Origin: Verrucomicrobiales bacterium
Lineage (GTDB): Bacteria; Verrucomicrobiota; Verrucomicrobiia; Verrucomicrobiales; SLCJ01
Assembly: GCA_046075565.1 (NCBI GenBank)
Contig: JBJTQJ010000095.1
Span: 1-27,284 of the forward strand
Reading direction: 5' to 3'
Length of the DNA: 27,284 nucleotides
Shown: in pieces, positions 16,914-26,884 of the stretch
Layout of the letters: every line of letters starts with the position of its first letter
Position numbering within the stretch: position 1 is the stretch's first letter
Made by a program: the position numbers and the translations under genes
The notes under the pieces: model-generated
What the model saw: the letters and a program-made list of their open reading frames with translations, nothing else
Told to the model about the DNA's origin: nothing
Databases searched by the model: none

Positions 16914-17990
16914 ATGTCAGAAAACTACGATCTCAAGTCGGCGGCCAAAACAACCATGGCGGCCCCGGTTTTTCAGTATCAACCGCCGGCGCCAAAAGGC
17001 CCGGTCCCGAAAATCGGTCTGATTGGTTGCGGTGGCATTACCTCCCACCATCTGCAAGCCTACCGGGATGCTGGATGGGAGGTTGCGGCATTTTTTGATC
17101 CCAACAGCGAGGCTGCGGAAAAGCGCCGAGCGGAGTATTTCCCCAATGCCAGCTTACGCGCCACTGCCGATGAGATCTTCAAGGATCCCAGTATCGGAGT
17201 CGTGGATATCGCCACCCATCCAAAAGCACGCGAAGAATTGATCCTGCGTGCCACCGATGCGGGCAAGCACATCCTCAGCCAGAAGCCATTCGCCGTCGAT
17301 CTCCCGACCGCCGAACGTTTGGCTGCGCATGCCAGAGCCCGGGGCGTGCGCCTTGCCGTGAATCAGAATGGCCGATGGGCACCGTATTTCGCCTACATGC
17401 GGCAAGCGGTGAAGTCGGGTTTGATTGGTGATATCGGCTCCGTGCATATGGTGCTGAATTGGGATCACACCTGGACGGCTGGCACTCCGTTCGCGGACAT
17501 CCATCATCTCATGTTCTATGACTTTGGCATCCACTGGTTTGATGCCGCGAGAACGCTAATGCACGGTCAGACCGCGACGTCGGTTTCGGCCCGGCTTGCG
17601 CGTTTCCCCAATCAACCGATTGAACCTCCCCTGCTCGCCTCCGCTACCGTCAATTTCCCAAAAGGCATGGCCACCCTGGCCTTCAACGGTTGCAGTCGAT
17701 TCGGTGCGAACGAGTCCTGCACGGTCATTGGCAGCAAAGGCACGCTGTCCGCATCCGGTCCGCTGTGTGGCATCCCGAAGGTTGCAATTCACACCACCGA
17801 AGGCGAAGCGGTTGCCGAACTGGAAGGAGCATGGTTTCCCGATGGTTTCCGCGGGTGTATGGGTGAATTGCTGCTCGCCATTGAGGAAAACCGCGAACCC
17901 GAGAACTCCGCCGCCGACAATATCCGGTCGATGGCCATAGTGCTCGCCGCCATGCGCTCCGCCGATGAAGATCGTCCGGTTCTGCTGTGA
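16914..17990 (+). CDS. Gfo/Idh/MocA family oxidoreductase (cytoplasmic)
   Basis: GLIGCGGI, DIATHP, ILSQKPFA, VNQNGRW, DFGIHWFD. Confidence 0.9.
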   Translation: MSENYDLKSAAKTTMAAPVFQYQPPAPKGPVPKIGLIGCGGITSHHLQAYRDAGWEVAAFFDPNSEAAEKRRAEYFPNASLRATADEIFKDPSIGVVDIATHPKAREELILRATDAGKHILSQKPFAVDLPTAERLAAHARARGVRLAVNQNGRWAPYFAYMRQAVKSGLIGDIGSVHMVLNWDHTWTAGTPFADIHHLMFYDFGIHWFDAARTLMHGQTATSVSARLARFPNQPIEPPLLASATVNFPKGMATLAFNGCSRFGANESCTVIGSKGTLSASGPLCGIPKVAIHTTEGEAVAELEGAWFPDGFRGCMGELLLAIEENREPENSAADNIRSMAIVLAAMRSADEDRPVLL

Positions 17991-18021
17991 CCGCCGAAGA
18001 TTTCTCCCCTAGTATCCCCGC

Positions 18022-19410
18022 TTATTTCGCGGCGGCTTTGAGTTCGCTGAATCGGGCACGCAATTCGCCGAGTTTGGCGGCGTGCTCGGGATTCCGCGCG
18101 AGGTCGTTCAACTCGCCGGGGTCATTGCCGAGGTCGAAGAGTTGTTCAAGCATTTGCTCCGGCCAGAACATGTATTTCCAGTCCTTGCGCACCAAAGCCT
18201 CGGACGCGGGAATGAAATCCGCATTGTTCAGCATCGGGTGTTCGTAATAAAACTCGGTGCGCCATTCCGGTTTCTCCGCTCCGAGATAAAGCGCCGCGAT
18301 ATCCCGGCCCTGCATGACCCCGGGCACGGGAATGCCGGCGGCGGTGAGGATGGTCGGGGCCAGATCCACATTGAGCGTGAAATTCGCATCGGTGGTTCCG
18401 CGTTTGCCCTTGGGCATACGGGGGTCGCGGATGATGAGCGGCACGCGGATGCTTTCCTGATGGGGATACCATTTGTCGGCCAATCCGTGTTCACCGTGGA
18501 AGTAGCCGTTGTCGGTAGTGAAAATGATCAGCGTTTTGTCGAGCACCCCTTGTTTTTCCAGTTCATCAAGAACGTGGCCGCAAACGGCGTCGTTTTCGGT
18601 GACCAACCGGTAGTAGTTCTTCATCATCCGCTGGTATTTCTCGGGAGTATCGAAGCGCCAGGTCCAACGGTGGCGGCCCTCGTTTTTCTCGGTAAAGAAA
18701 TCCGGCATCTTCTTCCATGCCTCATCGGTGGCGGTCGGTGGAACGGGGATGGTCACGTCCTCATAGAGCTTCATGCTCTCCGGCTGCGGAAGATACTGTT
18801 CAGGATTGCCATCCTCGGCATGCGGAGTGAAAAACGCGACATTGAGGTAGAACGGCTTTTCCTGCGGCCGGGTGCGCAGGAACTCAAGGGCGTCCTTCTC
18901 GTTGCGGGCGGTTGAGTGGATTTTCCCTCCATCTTTGGTGGGATACCAGTGCCGGCCATTGTAAAATCTACCGAAGTCGAACTTATCGGCCGGTTCCTTG
19001 CCGTTGTGCCATTTGCCGACGTGGCCAGTGTAATAACCATTGGCGCGAAGCAAAGCGGGAAGGCTGAGGTCCCAAGGTGTTGCCCATTCCTTGAACCCCC
19101 GGCAACCGTGGCGAGACATCCATTGCCCGGTGTGCAGACTCGCGCGACTGACCCCGCAGATCGACGTGGTCACGCAGTTGTGGGTGAAGCGCACGCTCTC
19201 ACCAGCCAAGCGATCAAGACGAGGGGTCTTCACCACCGGATTGCCGTCCACTCCGAGGGTGTCGTGACGCCAGTCATCGGCGTAAAGGACGACAACGTTC
19301 AACGGTTTGGCCGCCAAGGTGAGGGCGGAACAGAAAAGCAAAAGAAGTGAAATTGGCAGTTTCATGGGTCTTGAGAGATTCGGGCTGGTCTCATTGCCGG
19401 AGATGTTCAT
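18022..19410 (-). CDS. Secreted Cys-type (formylglycine-dependent S1) sulfatase
   Basis: [20 protein letters not shown] (CxxxR), [41 protein letters not shown] 19410 overlaps the GH78 stop; the signal peptide suggests an alternative start at 19365 ([18 protein letters not shown]). Confidence 0.93.
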   Translation of the reverse strand: MNISGNETSPNLSRPMKLPISLLLLFCSALTLAAKPLNVVVLYADDWRHDTLGVDGNPVVKTPRLDRLAGESVRFTHNCVTTSICGVSRASLHTGQWMSRHGCRGFKEWATPWDLSLPALLRANGYYTGHVGKWHNGKEPADKFDFGRFYNGRHWYPTKDGGKIHSTARNEKDALEFLRTRPQEKPFYLNVAFFTPHAEDGNPEQYLPQPESMKLYEDVTIPVPPTATDEAWKKMPDFFTEKNEGRHRWTWRFDTPEKYQRMMKNYYRLVTENDAVCGHVLDELEKQGVLDKTLIIFTTDNGYFHGEHGLADKWYPHQESIRVPLIIRDPRMPKGKRGTTDANFTLNVDLAPTILTAAGIPVPGVMQGRDIAALYLGAEKPEWRTEFYYEHPMLNNADFIPASEALVRKDWKYMFWPEQMLEQLFDLGNDPGELNDLARNPEHAAKLGELRARFSELKAAAK

Positions 19411-22253
19411 TCTTCGACGGTAAACTTATAGCGTCCGCTGCCAATCCTCATGGATTGCAGACCATCTTTGGTGCCCAACACCTCGATTCCCTCCGCTTCA
19501 CCAAGGGGTTTGCCAGATTCGGTGGTCTTGCCAGCGGGCAGATAAATGGTCGCAGTGGTGTCGGCCGGGATATCAATTTCGAATTTATACCCCTTTTTCT
19601 CAACCGCCCCCTGATTCACGCGTTGCCAATTGCACACAATGGATCCGCGCGCGGACTGATGCCAGCAGTTGGCTCCCATCAAGTCGGGGAACATTTGCGG
19701 ACGGATGATGATGCGGTCGAAGGCGATGGCATCATCAGCCGGCTGGATGCCACCAAGGTGGTGGTAGAACCATCCCAAAATGGAGCCGAACATCGGGTGG
19801 TTGTGAGAAAATGTGTTGTCACTTTCCTTCCAGGTTTCCCATAACGTGGTGGCGTCGTTTTCCAACATCCAACCCCACGACGGGAAAGTCTTCCGCGTCG
19901 CGAGTTTAAAGGCAAGATCCGGGCGACCCCGTTCGGTTAGCTCGTCCAGCAGGAAGCGCGTGGCAAAGATGCCGGTGGTGAGACGTGGTCCGTCCTCCGG
20001 AGCGGTGAGGTTGGCCACCAGGTTTTCGAAGACCGCCTTTTGGGCTGCTTCGGGAGCGGCACCAAACCCGAGGGCGAGCACTTGCTCGGACTGTTCCCCA
20101 CCGCCGACTTTGCCGGAGTCTTTGTCGAGAAATGCCTTGGCCCAAGCGGCCGCCGATTCATCGGCCATTTTCGTGAAACGCGTCGCGTCGTCGTTCTTCC
20201 CGATAAGCTGGGAAAGTCTCGCCATGCGACGGGCCGCATCGATGAACATCGGGGTGATGACGGAAGGGCCGCGGGCTTTGGCCAGAGCTTCATGATCACC
20301 CAAGCCTTGGGTCACGAGGCCATCAACGCGTTTGGATGCCTCGAGGTCGAACCAGCGCACGGCAGCGGGAAGCTGCTCTTCGACGATGCGGAGATCTCCA
20401 TAGTGACGGTAGTGTAGTTCGATGAGCAACGGATGGACCATGGCCCACCCCACCCCGCAATACTGAATCCCGACGAAGGGCGCGGTATCGGTAAAGTTGC
20501 CATCCGGCCGGGCGGCCTCGGACCAGTTGCGGATCGTATTGGCGTAGTAGCCCTGCATGTCAAAACTCATGAGGAAGGCATCGGCCGTCGGGACGATGTC
20601 GCCGCCATAGGAAAACCTCTCGCGGTGCGGGCAATCCGAGGAAACGCTCATCACATTGCTCCGGAAGGTGTTGATGGTCATTTCCTCAATTCGATTCAGT
20701 GTACCATTCCCGGGGCCGATGTCTCCTGCCTGCCGGATGTCGGATTGCAAGCGGATGCCCTTGATGTCCGCGAGCGCCGGTGGTTTCTCTACCCCGGTGA
20801 TCTCCATGAAACGAAATGCGCGAAACGTAAAATCGGGGATGTATACCTCTTCTCCCCCTCCCTTTGTGATATAGACATCCTGTTGCCAAGCGATGGGAGG
20901 TGCTCCGGGCCCGCCTTTGGAAATTTCTTTGCCGTTCTCATCCTTCCTTGTGCCCTTAATTTGACCGCAGACACTCGTCATGGGGTTGAGCGTGCCGTCC
21001 TTATTCAGGATTTCCCCGTAACGAAGAAGGACGCGGGTTCCCGCCGGCAGCGAAAACCGGATTTCCGGAAGACCGGTGAAGTTTTTCCCGAAGTCCACGA
21101 TGTGAACATCCGGTTTCGGCGACTGGATCGAAATCGCGGGGAGCACTTCGGTAGCCCGCACCGGTGGCATGTCGAGAATGGGATGGAGCGGGTCGAGGGC
21201 GTGCGGGGTAACCCGCGCATCCCGCCATTTGGAGTCATCAAAACCCGGGGCATCCCATCCGGCCTCCTCCAAATGTGCGTCGCGTTCTTCACCAAGGTAG
21301 ATGCTGTTGCGCAAAGTAGGGCTCGAGCCGACGCGCCAACTAGGTCCGGTCGTGATGGTGGTCTTTGTTCCATCCGGATGCTCTACGACCAGAAGCGCAA
21401 TACCCCGCGGACGTCCGACGGGAAGTTCAACGCGGATATTCCGCGCGCCCCACATCCGCAAAGGCAAAGGATTATACCATCCGTTGCCAAGCGCCAAACC
21501 GAGGCAGTTTGCTCCCTCTTTCAGTTCTGTCGTGACGTCGTGCGATCGGAAGAGAATGCGTTTTTCGAAATTGGTCCATGGAGGATCAAGCGAAACATCC
21601 TTGAGCCGTTTGCCATTCAGGCTCGGGATGCCGTAACCAAGCCCGGCGACATGCAGCCAGGCCCGGGTGACGGGTTTTTCCAACTTGAATTCTTTCCGGA
21701 AACGCGGCGCGGGATCCTCCTTGTAGAAATCCTCGTCACGTTCGGGGTTGGATTTGCCGTCATCGAGCCAACGCGCTCCCTGCCAATCGGCGGGATCTGC
21801 TGGTGCAACCACCATCTGAGCTGGTATGCTCCAACCGGAACTGCAGTTCTTCTTGTCCCAGGCGCGGACTTTCCAGAAACATGTATCGCCAGCCGCCAAC
21901 GGTTTCCCGCGGTAAAGAACCACGGGAGAGCGCGTGGTCGGTTGGCGTCCGGAATCCCAGAGATCGCCTTTGTCCTTTTCGAGTTCCTCCAAGTTCCTGG
22001 AGACGAGGATTTGCCACTCGTGTTGAGCAAGCCCCCGTTCGAGCGTCTCAATATTCCACGTGAAAGCGGGTTGTTTGGAAACGACGGCCAAGGTCCCTTT
22101 CTGCCCGTCAGCGGAGGAAACTCCGATATCGAACTTGGTTTGCGCGGACAAAACCGAAACGTGACAAACGAGCATACAAAGGGCCAGCAAAGACCGGCAC
22201 GAGGAGAATGAAAATTGGGACACGGTGGAAAATTGTGTGGATTGGATTAACAA
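19407..22253 (-). CDS. Glycoside hydrolase family 78 (alpha-L-rhamnosidase-like), secreted
   Basis: N-terminal GDLWDSG/WKVRAWD domain, [27 protein letters not shown], catalytic region [30 protein letters not shown]. Exact start uncertain. Confidence 0.92.
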   Translation of the reverse strand: MLIQSTQFSTVSQFSFSSCRSLLALCMLVCHVSVLSAQTKFDIGVSSADGQKGTLAVVSKQPAFTWNIETLERGLAQHEWQILVSRNLEELEKDKGDLWDSGRQPTTRSPVVLYRGKPLAAGDTCFWKVRAWDKKNCSSGWSIPAQMVVAPADPADWQGARWLDDGKSNPERDEDFYKEDPAPRFRKEFKLEKPVTRAWLHVAGLGYGIPSLNGKRLKDVSLDPPWTNFEKRILFRSHDVTTELKEGANCLGLALGNGWYNPLPLRMWGARNIRVELPVGRPRGIALLVVEHPDGTKTTITTGPSWRVGSSPTLRNSIYLGEERDAHLEEAGWDAPGFDDSKWRDARVTPHALDPLHPILDMPPVRATEVLPAISIQSPKPDVHIVDFGKNFTGLPEIRFSLPAGTRVLLRYGEILNKDGTLNPMTSVCGQIKGTRKDENGKEISKGGPGAPPIAWQQDVYITKGGGEEVYIPDFTFRAFRFMEITGVEKPPALADIKGIRLQSDIRQAGDIGPGNGTLNRIEEMTINTFRSNVMSVSSDCPHRERFSYGGDIVPTADAFLMSFDMQGYYANTIRNWSEAARPDGNFTDTAPFVGIQYCGVGWAMVHPLLIELHYRHYGDLRIVEEQLPAAVRWFDLEASKRVDGLVTQGLGDHEALAKARGPSVITPMFIDAARRMARLSQLIGKNDDATRFTKMADESAAAWAKAFLDKDSGKVGGGEQSEQVLALGFGAAPEAAQKAVFENLVANLTAPEDGPRLTTGIFATRFLLDELTERGRPDLAFKLATRKTFPSWGWMLENDATTLWETWKESDNTFSHNHPMFGSILGWFYHHLGGIQPADDAIAFDRIIIRPQMFPDLMGANCWHQSARGSIVCNWQRVNQGAVEKKGYKFEIDIPADTTATIYLPAGKTTESGKPLGEAEGIEVLGTKDGLQSMRIGSGRYKFTVEE

Positions 22254-22260
22254 AGACGGT

Positions 22261-23265
22261 TCACTCCTTTGGCAGAAGCCAGATGTTCCGGAAAACGACC
22301 AGATTGCCGTGGTCTTGCAGGAAGACCGGACCGGCGGGCTGGTCGAGAGGTTTGTTCATGGGCGCTGCGGCCGTGAAGTCTTTTTTGAGTTCGAGATCCT
22401 CATGCACGAGCACGCCGTTGAGTTTCACGGTGATCCGCGGCCACGCGGTGCGGACTCCATCCTTGTCGAATTCCGGAGCGGTGAACTCGACATCATAGGT
22501 CTGCCAGGCCAAGGGAGGAAGACACATGTTGAGCGCGGGTTTGGCAACCGAGTAGATTCCGCCGCATTCGTTATCCTTGGGTTCGAGGCCGAAGGAATCG
22601 AGGATCTGGGTTTCCCAACGGCCCCAATGATAGACGCCGCTGTTCCCGCGCTTTTGGCCGAGAGCGGAAGGCATATAAGGCGTGCGGAATTCAAGGTGGA
22701 ATGTGTAGCTCTTGAATTTTTCGTTGGAAAAGATCCCCGAAGCGAGGAGGTGATTGTTTTCCATCTTTCCTTTATCCCAGGCATCGGCGGAAGTTCCATC
22801 GAAAAGGACAACCGCACCCGGAGGTGGCTTTGCGCCCAGCGTCGGACTGCTCCGCTCCACCCGTTCGAGTATCGCGGGCTCTTTGCCGGGCAGTTGGATT
22901 TCCAACTTATCGTCGTTCAGTTTGGCCGTGGTGGACGAGTCCTCGCTCTTCAGAACGAGTTGGTTGTCTTTCAACTCGCCGGCGAGCCGGATCCGATCCC
23001 CTTTCGCGCCTGCACCGGGGAGGCCCGCATCCGTCCACCAGGCTTCGAACTTCCCGCCTCCCCGCGCGACAAGCTGGACTCCATTTTTGTCGTCGCGGTA
23101 TTCGCCCTGGATGGTGAAATCGGGATCTTCGGTGGCGGCCAGGACCGGATCAGTCCAAGTGGAGAAACTCGGCTTCTTCTTCTCTTCTCCGATTGCCATC
23201 ATCGCAGGGGCGAGAAGCAGGACCAACGCGGCCAAAGCTCGGTTAATGGAATTGTTAGGTCTCAT
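22261..23265 (-). CDS. DUF1080 (3-keto-disaccharide hydrolase / 3-ketoglycal hydratase family), secreted
   Basis: Signal peptide; GAVVLFDG, HLEFRTP, GNSGVY, ETQILDS, GGIY, WQTYDV, LQDHGN-VVFRNIW. Confidence 0.9.
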   Translation of the reverse strand: MRPNNSINRALAALVLLLAPAMMAIGEEKKKPSFSTWTDPVLAATEDPDFTIQGEYRDDKNGVQLVARGGGKFEAWWTDAGLPGAGAKGDRIRLAGELKDNQLVLKSEDSSTTAKLNDDKLEIQLPGKEPAILERVERSSPTLGAKPPPGAVVLFDGTSADAWDKGKMENNHLLASGIFSNEKFKSYTFHLEFRTPYMPSALGQKRGNSGVYHWGRWETQILDSFGLEPKDNECGGIYSVAKPALNMCLPPLAWQTYDVEFTAPEFDKDGVRTAWPRITVKLNGVLVHEDLELKKDFTAAAPMNKPLDQPAGPVFLQDHGNLVVFRNIWLLPKE

Positions 23266-23306
23266 GAGAGTTGGAATGGACAGCTGTGGTGCCCGGCCTT
23301 GTGTCT

Positions 23307-23412
23307 GGCAGGGACCGCTGTCCCCAGCGGTCCGTGAGATCGCGAGGATGATGAAACCGCCAACGCGTGGCAGCTTCTTCCCCGCGGACGTTTGAGGACA
23401 AACGTCCCTGCC
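23307..23412. repeat. REP-like doublet (REPIN-type) with GGCAGGGAC ends
   Basis: Left 23307-23334 GGCAGGGACCGCTGTCCCCAGCGGTCCG; reverse complement of right 23385-23412 GGCAGGGACGTTTGTCCTCAAACGTCCG. Each has a perfect 9-bp stem and 4-nt loop; 50-bp spacer. Confidence 0.75.
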
Positions 23413-23451
23413 TGGGTCATCGATGTGGAAACGAGAAATGGTGTGGACATC

Positions 23452-24753
23452 TCACTTGCCCCCGAGCAATTTCACCATGCTGGTGGCCATGGCTTCGCCG
23501 ACATCCATATAAACCTCGGCTTTGCCGCCGTAGTGGCCGTTGCCGCTACCGCCTTGGGCCATCGGATTCGTATAGACGGTGGCTACATTGCCCTTGAATT
23601 CTGAGTGTTTGCCAGATTCGCCATCCACCGCAAGGTGGGCATCGAGAACTTTTCCGCCATTGCCGCCGGAACCTTTGGTCGATTCACCGAGGGTGCCCAG
23701 AACGAATTTGGCGTTGGGCGAATTGAATTCGGTTCGGAGGGCCTTGATGAACCGGACAAGATTTTCCTCGTATTTTTCGGCATGGGCGGGATTTCCACAG
23801 TCCTTCTCCCCCTGCCAGAAGAAGAAACCGGCGACTTCGTATTTCGTGGCATCCGGATAATGTCCGGACAGATCGGAGAGGGCCAGTTTGGCGGCCTCGA
23901 TGTCGTCATCCCATTGTTTGCCGGCGTACCATTCGCCTTCGACCTTCTCGCCGTTGCCCTTCGGATTGCCCGGCGTGCCCCGGTAGCCGGGTTGCATGGT
24001 GCCATTGTAGTCGTAAGGCTCACTGCCAGGAGGCAGCAGATCCCAACCGAGGCTGCGGTTTCCGATGCAGGACTTCAGAATCATCACCGGTTCGTCGAGG
24101 GCATTGCCTAGCCCATGGCCGATGCCGTATTCCGGTCCGAGGTTTTTGCCCTCGACTTTCATCCATTCGTTACGCATCTGGCCCTTGCCTTGCATATACT
24201 GGACGAAGCGAACATCCTTGCGTTCGACCCAACTGCCGTCATCGCCAACCAGATACGGGTATTTGCTTTTTGATTTCACCGCGAATTCGAGTGATCCATC
24301 TCCCCCGCCAACTTTGCCGAGCCCGACCATGTTGGACTGGCCGAGGAGAATGAAGACCTGAACCGGCTTGCTCATGTTGGCGGGCTTGCCATCGGATTTT
24401 GCGAACAGGTTGTCCGTCTTCACATCAACTTTTGCGGTCGACACGCTCGCTGCCGGCGCGGGAGGGGGTGTGCCGGTGGCTCCTTTTTCCTGGAGGAACG
24501 CGATGTCGTCGGCGGAAAGTTTGTCCTGCTTGAAGACAAGCTCTTTTCCGTTCGCCAGCGTAACGCCGACCATGCCGGTGGCGGGGTCATAGGACTTCAA
24601 CTCGCCCTCGAAGGTCTTCGAACCATCGGGGCTGGTCCAGGTGCGCGCCTGCACGCCGAGGGCGAACATTGCCAAAAGGCCCGTCGCAAGGGGTAGCACA
24701 CGCGTTTGGAAGGCGGGGAGGAAACCCAAACGGGAATGACGAACGGTTTTCAT
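23452..24753 (-). CDS. Secreted SHD1-like domain + SASA/SGNH (sialate O-acetylesterase-like) esterase
   Basis: Signal peptide ending VQA; RTWTSPDG...FEGEL...LSADDIAFL (SHD1-like); Pro/Ala linker; ILLGQSNM, GPEYG, GNRSL, FFWQGEKD, GHY. Confidence 0.82.
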   Translation of the reverse strand: MKTVRHSRLGFLPAFQTRVLPLATGLLAMFALGVQARTWTSPDGSKTFEGELKSYDPATGMVGVTLANGKELVFKQDKLSADDIAFLQEKGATGTPPPAPAASVSTAKVDVKTDNLFAKSDGKPANMSKPVQVFILLGQSNMVGLGKVGGGDGSLEFAVKSKSKYPYLVGDDGSWVERKDVRFVQYMQGKGQMRNEWMKVEGKNLGPEYGIGHGLGNALDEPVMILKSCIGNRSLGWDLLPPGSEPYDYNGTMQPGYRGTPGNPKGNGEKVEGEWYAGKQWDDDIEAAKLALSDLSGHYPDATKYEVAGFFFWQGEKDCGNPAHAEKYEENLVRFIKALRTEFNSPNAKFVLGTLGESTKGSGGNGGKVLDAHLAVDGESGKHSEFKGNVATVYTNPMAQGGSGNGHYGGKAEVYMDVGEAMATSMVKLLGGK

Positions 24754-24775
24754 TGTTAGTGGTTGGTTGAGCTTG

Positions 24776-26884
24776 TTAGCGCGGAGTCAGAGTGTATTCC
24801 TTGATGGTGAGCCCACGGCTGCCATCCTGCAAGGCGAAAGTGAGGGTGTTCATGCCTTCCTTCAATTCCAATTCCACCGGTTGCGTCTGCACCCATTTGC
24901 CGACGGTATTGGTGATGGGAATGGCTATTAGGGAAGAGGCATTGTTCGCGGCAACACCGAAGGTATGACCATTCTGCACCGTGACCACTTTGGCACTGAG
25001 GGAGTATTTGCCCGCGGGAGCCTCGAAAGCAACCTCGCCCTTGTATCCGGCCGTGGCATGAATCTGCATGCCTTTGCCAAAACTGCGCATGGCGGCGGCG
25101 CGTCCGGAAACCTTGCCGTGGGATACGGCAGGAATGACGATGGAACGGTCTGCCGAAACGACAATCTGCCGATCCGCCTCGCCGATCTTGTCGGAAGCGA
25201 GCGCTTGTTTGTCTTTCGCTTCATTGGCTTCACCCAGCTCCTGGCCCAGCGGCCCGAGGGTGACGGCGGTAGCGGCGAGGGAAACACTCTTCATGTGGGC
25301 GAGGCGGCTCCAGAGTCCGCCTTCGATTTTCTTGCGGTCGTTGTAAGCCTGTTCACCGAGGGCGGCGCTGACCCACTGCGCACGCAAGACGGGCATGAAT
25401 TTTTCCCCGTGGGCGCGGGCTTGGGTTTCCAGAAGGAAGTCCGAACCGCTACGAGGAGCTTCGTCCTTGTCCCACCAACTGTTGTTGAAACCGGCGCCCA
25501 GATTCACCACCCAGCCTTTGGGAGTCCAGTGGCTGAGCGCGGCGTGGGCTTTCTGGGTGACACCCCAGGTCGGGATTCCGAAGCTGCGCAGCATGAAACG
25601 CCCGAAGAATGCGCGGCGACCACAGACGCCTCCATTCATGATGATGTTCTGGTATTGCTGGAGGGAAGGCAGATCATACTGCACGTTCTGCGACCCATAC
25701 GGAACTTCCGTCCGAACTGTCGAGGCATAACGCCAGCCGTAGTCCGGATTGTAGATGTGATCCGGGCGGTAGTTTCGCAGCATGGAACGCCCCCACGCGA
25801 GGATGTGATCGGGAGCATCGCTGTTCACGACATGGCGCATCTCCCAAGTGGTCAAGGTTTTGAAAGCGGGATCCAATTCTCCGTCGAGATAGGCTTTTTC
25901 ATAGTGCTGGTAGCGTTTGACCGGATCCACGAACTGGGGAGCGCTCGTTTCATCCTTGGCGTTGCCCTGTTCGATCGGTTTCGCGTGTTCGAGGCTGGTG
26001 GCCAGCGCGAGGCGGACCAAGACAGGATCATCGGACTTTTGCGAGACCTTGCGGATTGCCGTGAGAATCTCTATTGCGCGGCCATAATTTCCGAACTTGG
26101 CTCCACCGGCTTCCAGCATGGCCGTCATCAGTTTGGTGTCCGACAAGAGCGCATCCACCAATTCTTTTTGGGCAGCACCCTGCTGGGCGAAATCGGCCAG
26201 ACCTTTGGAGGTGGCACCAGCGAGTACGGCGCACTTGACCAATTTTGCATCATAAGTGTCGGTGTTCAGGACAGATTCGACCGAGGCGAAAAGGGCATTG
26301 GAAGCGGCCATCTCGGCGGCCTTGGCTTTTTCGGCCGCGGCTTTGGCGATTTCGTTGGCGCGTGTCAATTCAGGTTCTTGTTTCTTCGCCGCGTCATATG
26401 CGGCCTGTCGTTCTTTCAAAGCGGCGAGCCCATCCTCCTTGTTCTTCTGCCATTTGGCGAGTTTCGCCTTGGCGGCGTCCCGTTCGGCATCGGTGGTCGC
26501 TTTTTTCAAGGCGGCCTCCGCCTGGGCGATGCCCTTTTCCGCCCCACCGATCCATTTGCCCTTGGCGTGGTCGACGAGAGCTTTGCCTGAACTGATACCC
26601 CCGAAAGCCTTCGCGGCGGCGGCGGCGTCAGCTTCGGCCTTGTTCAAAGCCTCGCGAGCCTTCTCGAAGTTAGCGGCCGCCTGCGGGTCCACCTGAGGAA
26701 GAGCCTTCTCGATTTCGGCGCGCAAACCATTCAGTTCCTGAGCGTAGCCCGCTTCCAGAGACTTACCAGCTTCGGATAACACCACGGGCACTGCACCAGG
26801 TTTGGCATGGACATTGGGCGAGGAACCGAGGGTGAAAGCTGCGAGAGCGATGGCGACGAGAGATAGGGATTTTCGGGTGGTCAT
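24776..26884 (-). CDS. Large secreted hypothetical protein: Ala/Lys-rich helical region, GGVCG...HAA core, C-terminal beta-sandwich (CBM-like)
   Basis: 702-aa ORF with signal peptide, 22 bp upstream of the SASA gene. NGGVCGRRAFFG and QKAHAALSHW in the core; TVGKWVQTQPVELELKEGMNTLTF resembles a CBM6/35-type end. Confidence 0.8.
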   Translation of the reverse strand: MTTRKSLSLVAIALAAFTLGSSPNVHAKPGAVPVVLSEAGKSLEAGYAQELNGLRAEIEKALPQVDPQAAANFEKAREALNKAEADAAAAAKAFGGISSGKALVDHAKGKWIGGAEKGIAQAEAALKKATTDAERDAAKAKLAKWQKNKEDGLAALKERQAAYDAAKKQEPELTRANEIAKAAAEKAKAAEMAASNALFASVESVLNTDTYDAKLVKCAVLAGATSKGLADFAQQGAAQKELVDALLSDTKLMTAMLEAGGAKFGNYGRAIEILTAIRKVSQKSDDPVLVRLALATSLEHAKPIEQGNAKDETSAPQFVDPVKRYQHYEKAYLDGELDPAFKTLTTWEMRHVVNSDAPDHILAWGRSMLRNYRPDHIYNPDYGWRYASTVRTEVPYGSQNVQYDLPSLQQYQNIIMNGGVCGRRAFFGRFMLRSFGIPTWGVTQKAHAALSHWTPKGWVVNLGAGFNNSWWDKDEAPRSGSDFLLETQARAHGEKFMPVLRAQWVSAALGEQAYNDRKKIEGGLWSRLAHMKSVSLAATAVTLGPLGQELGEANEAKDKQALASDKIGEADRQIVVSADRSIVIPAVSHGKVSGRAAAMRSFGKGMQIHATAGYKGEVAFEAPAGKYSLSAKVVTVQNGHTFGVAANNASSLIAIPITNTVGKWVQTQPVELELKEGMNTLTFALQDGSRGLTIKEYTLTPR

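Noticed and set aside
19128-19158. Sulfatase motif CGVSR lacking the Pro of CxPxR
   Set aside because: CxxxR variants are common in S1 sulfatases and the other catalytic motifs are intact.
20433-26590. Long plus-strand ORFs (20433..22211, 22225..23337, 24965..26590)
   Set aside because: Antisense shadows of GH78, DUF1080 and the 702-aa gene.
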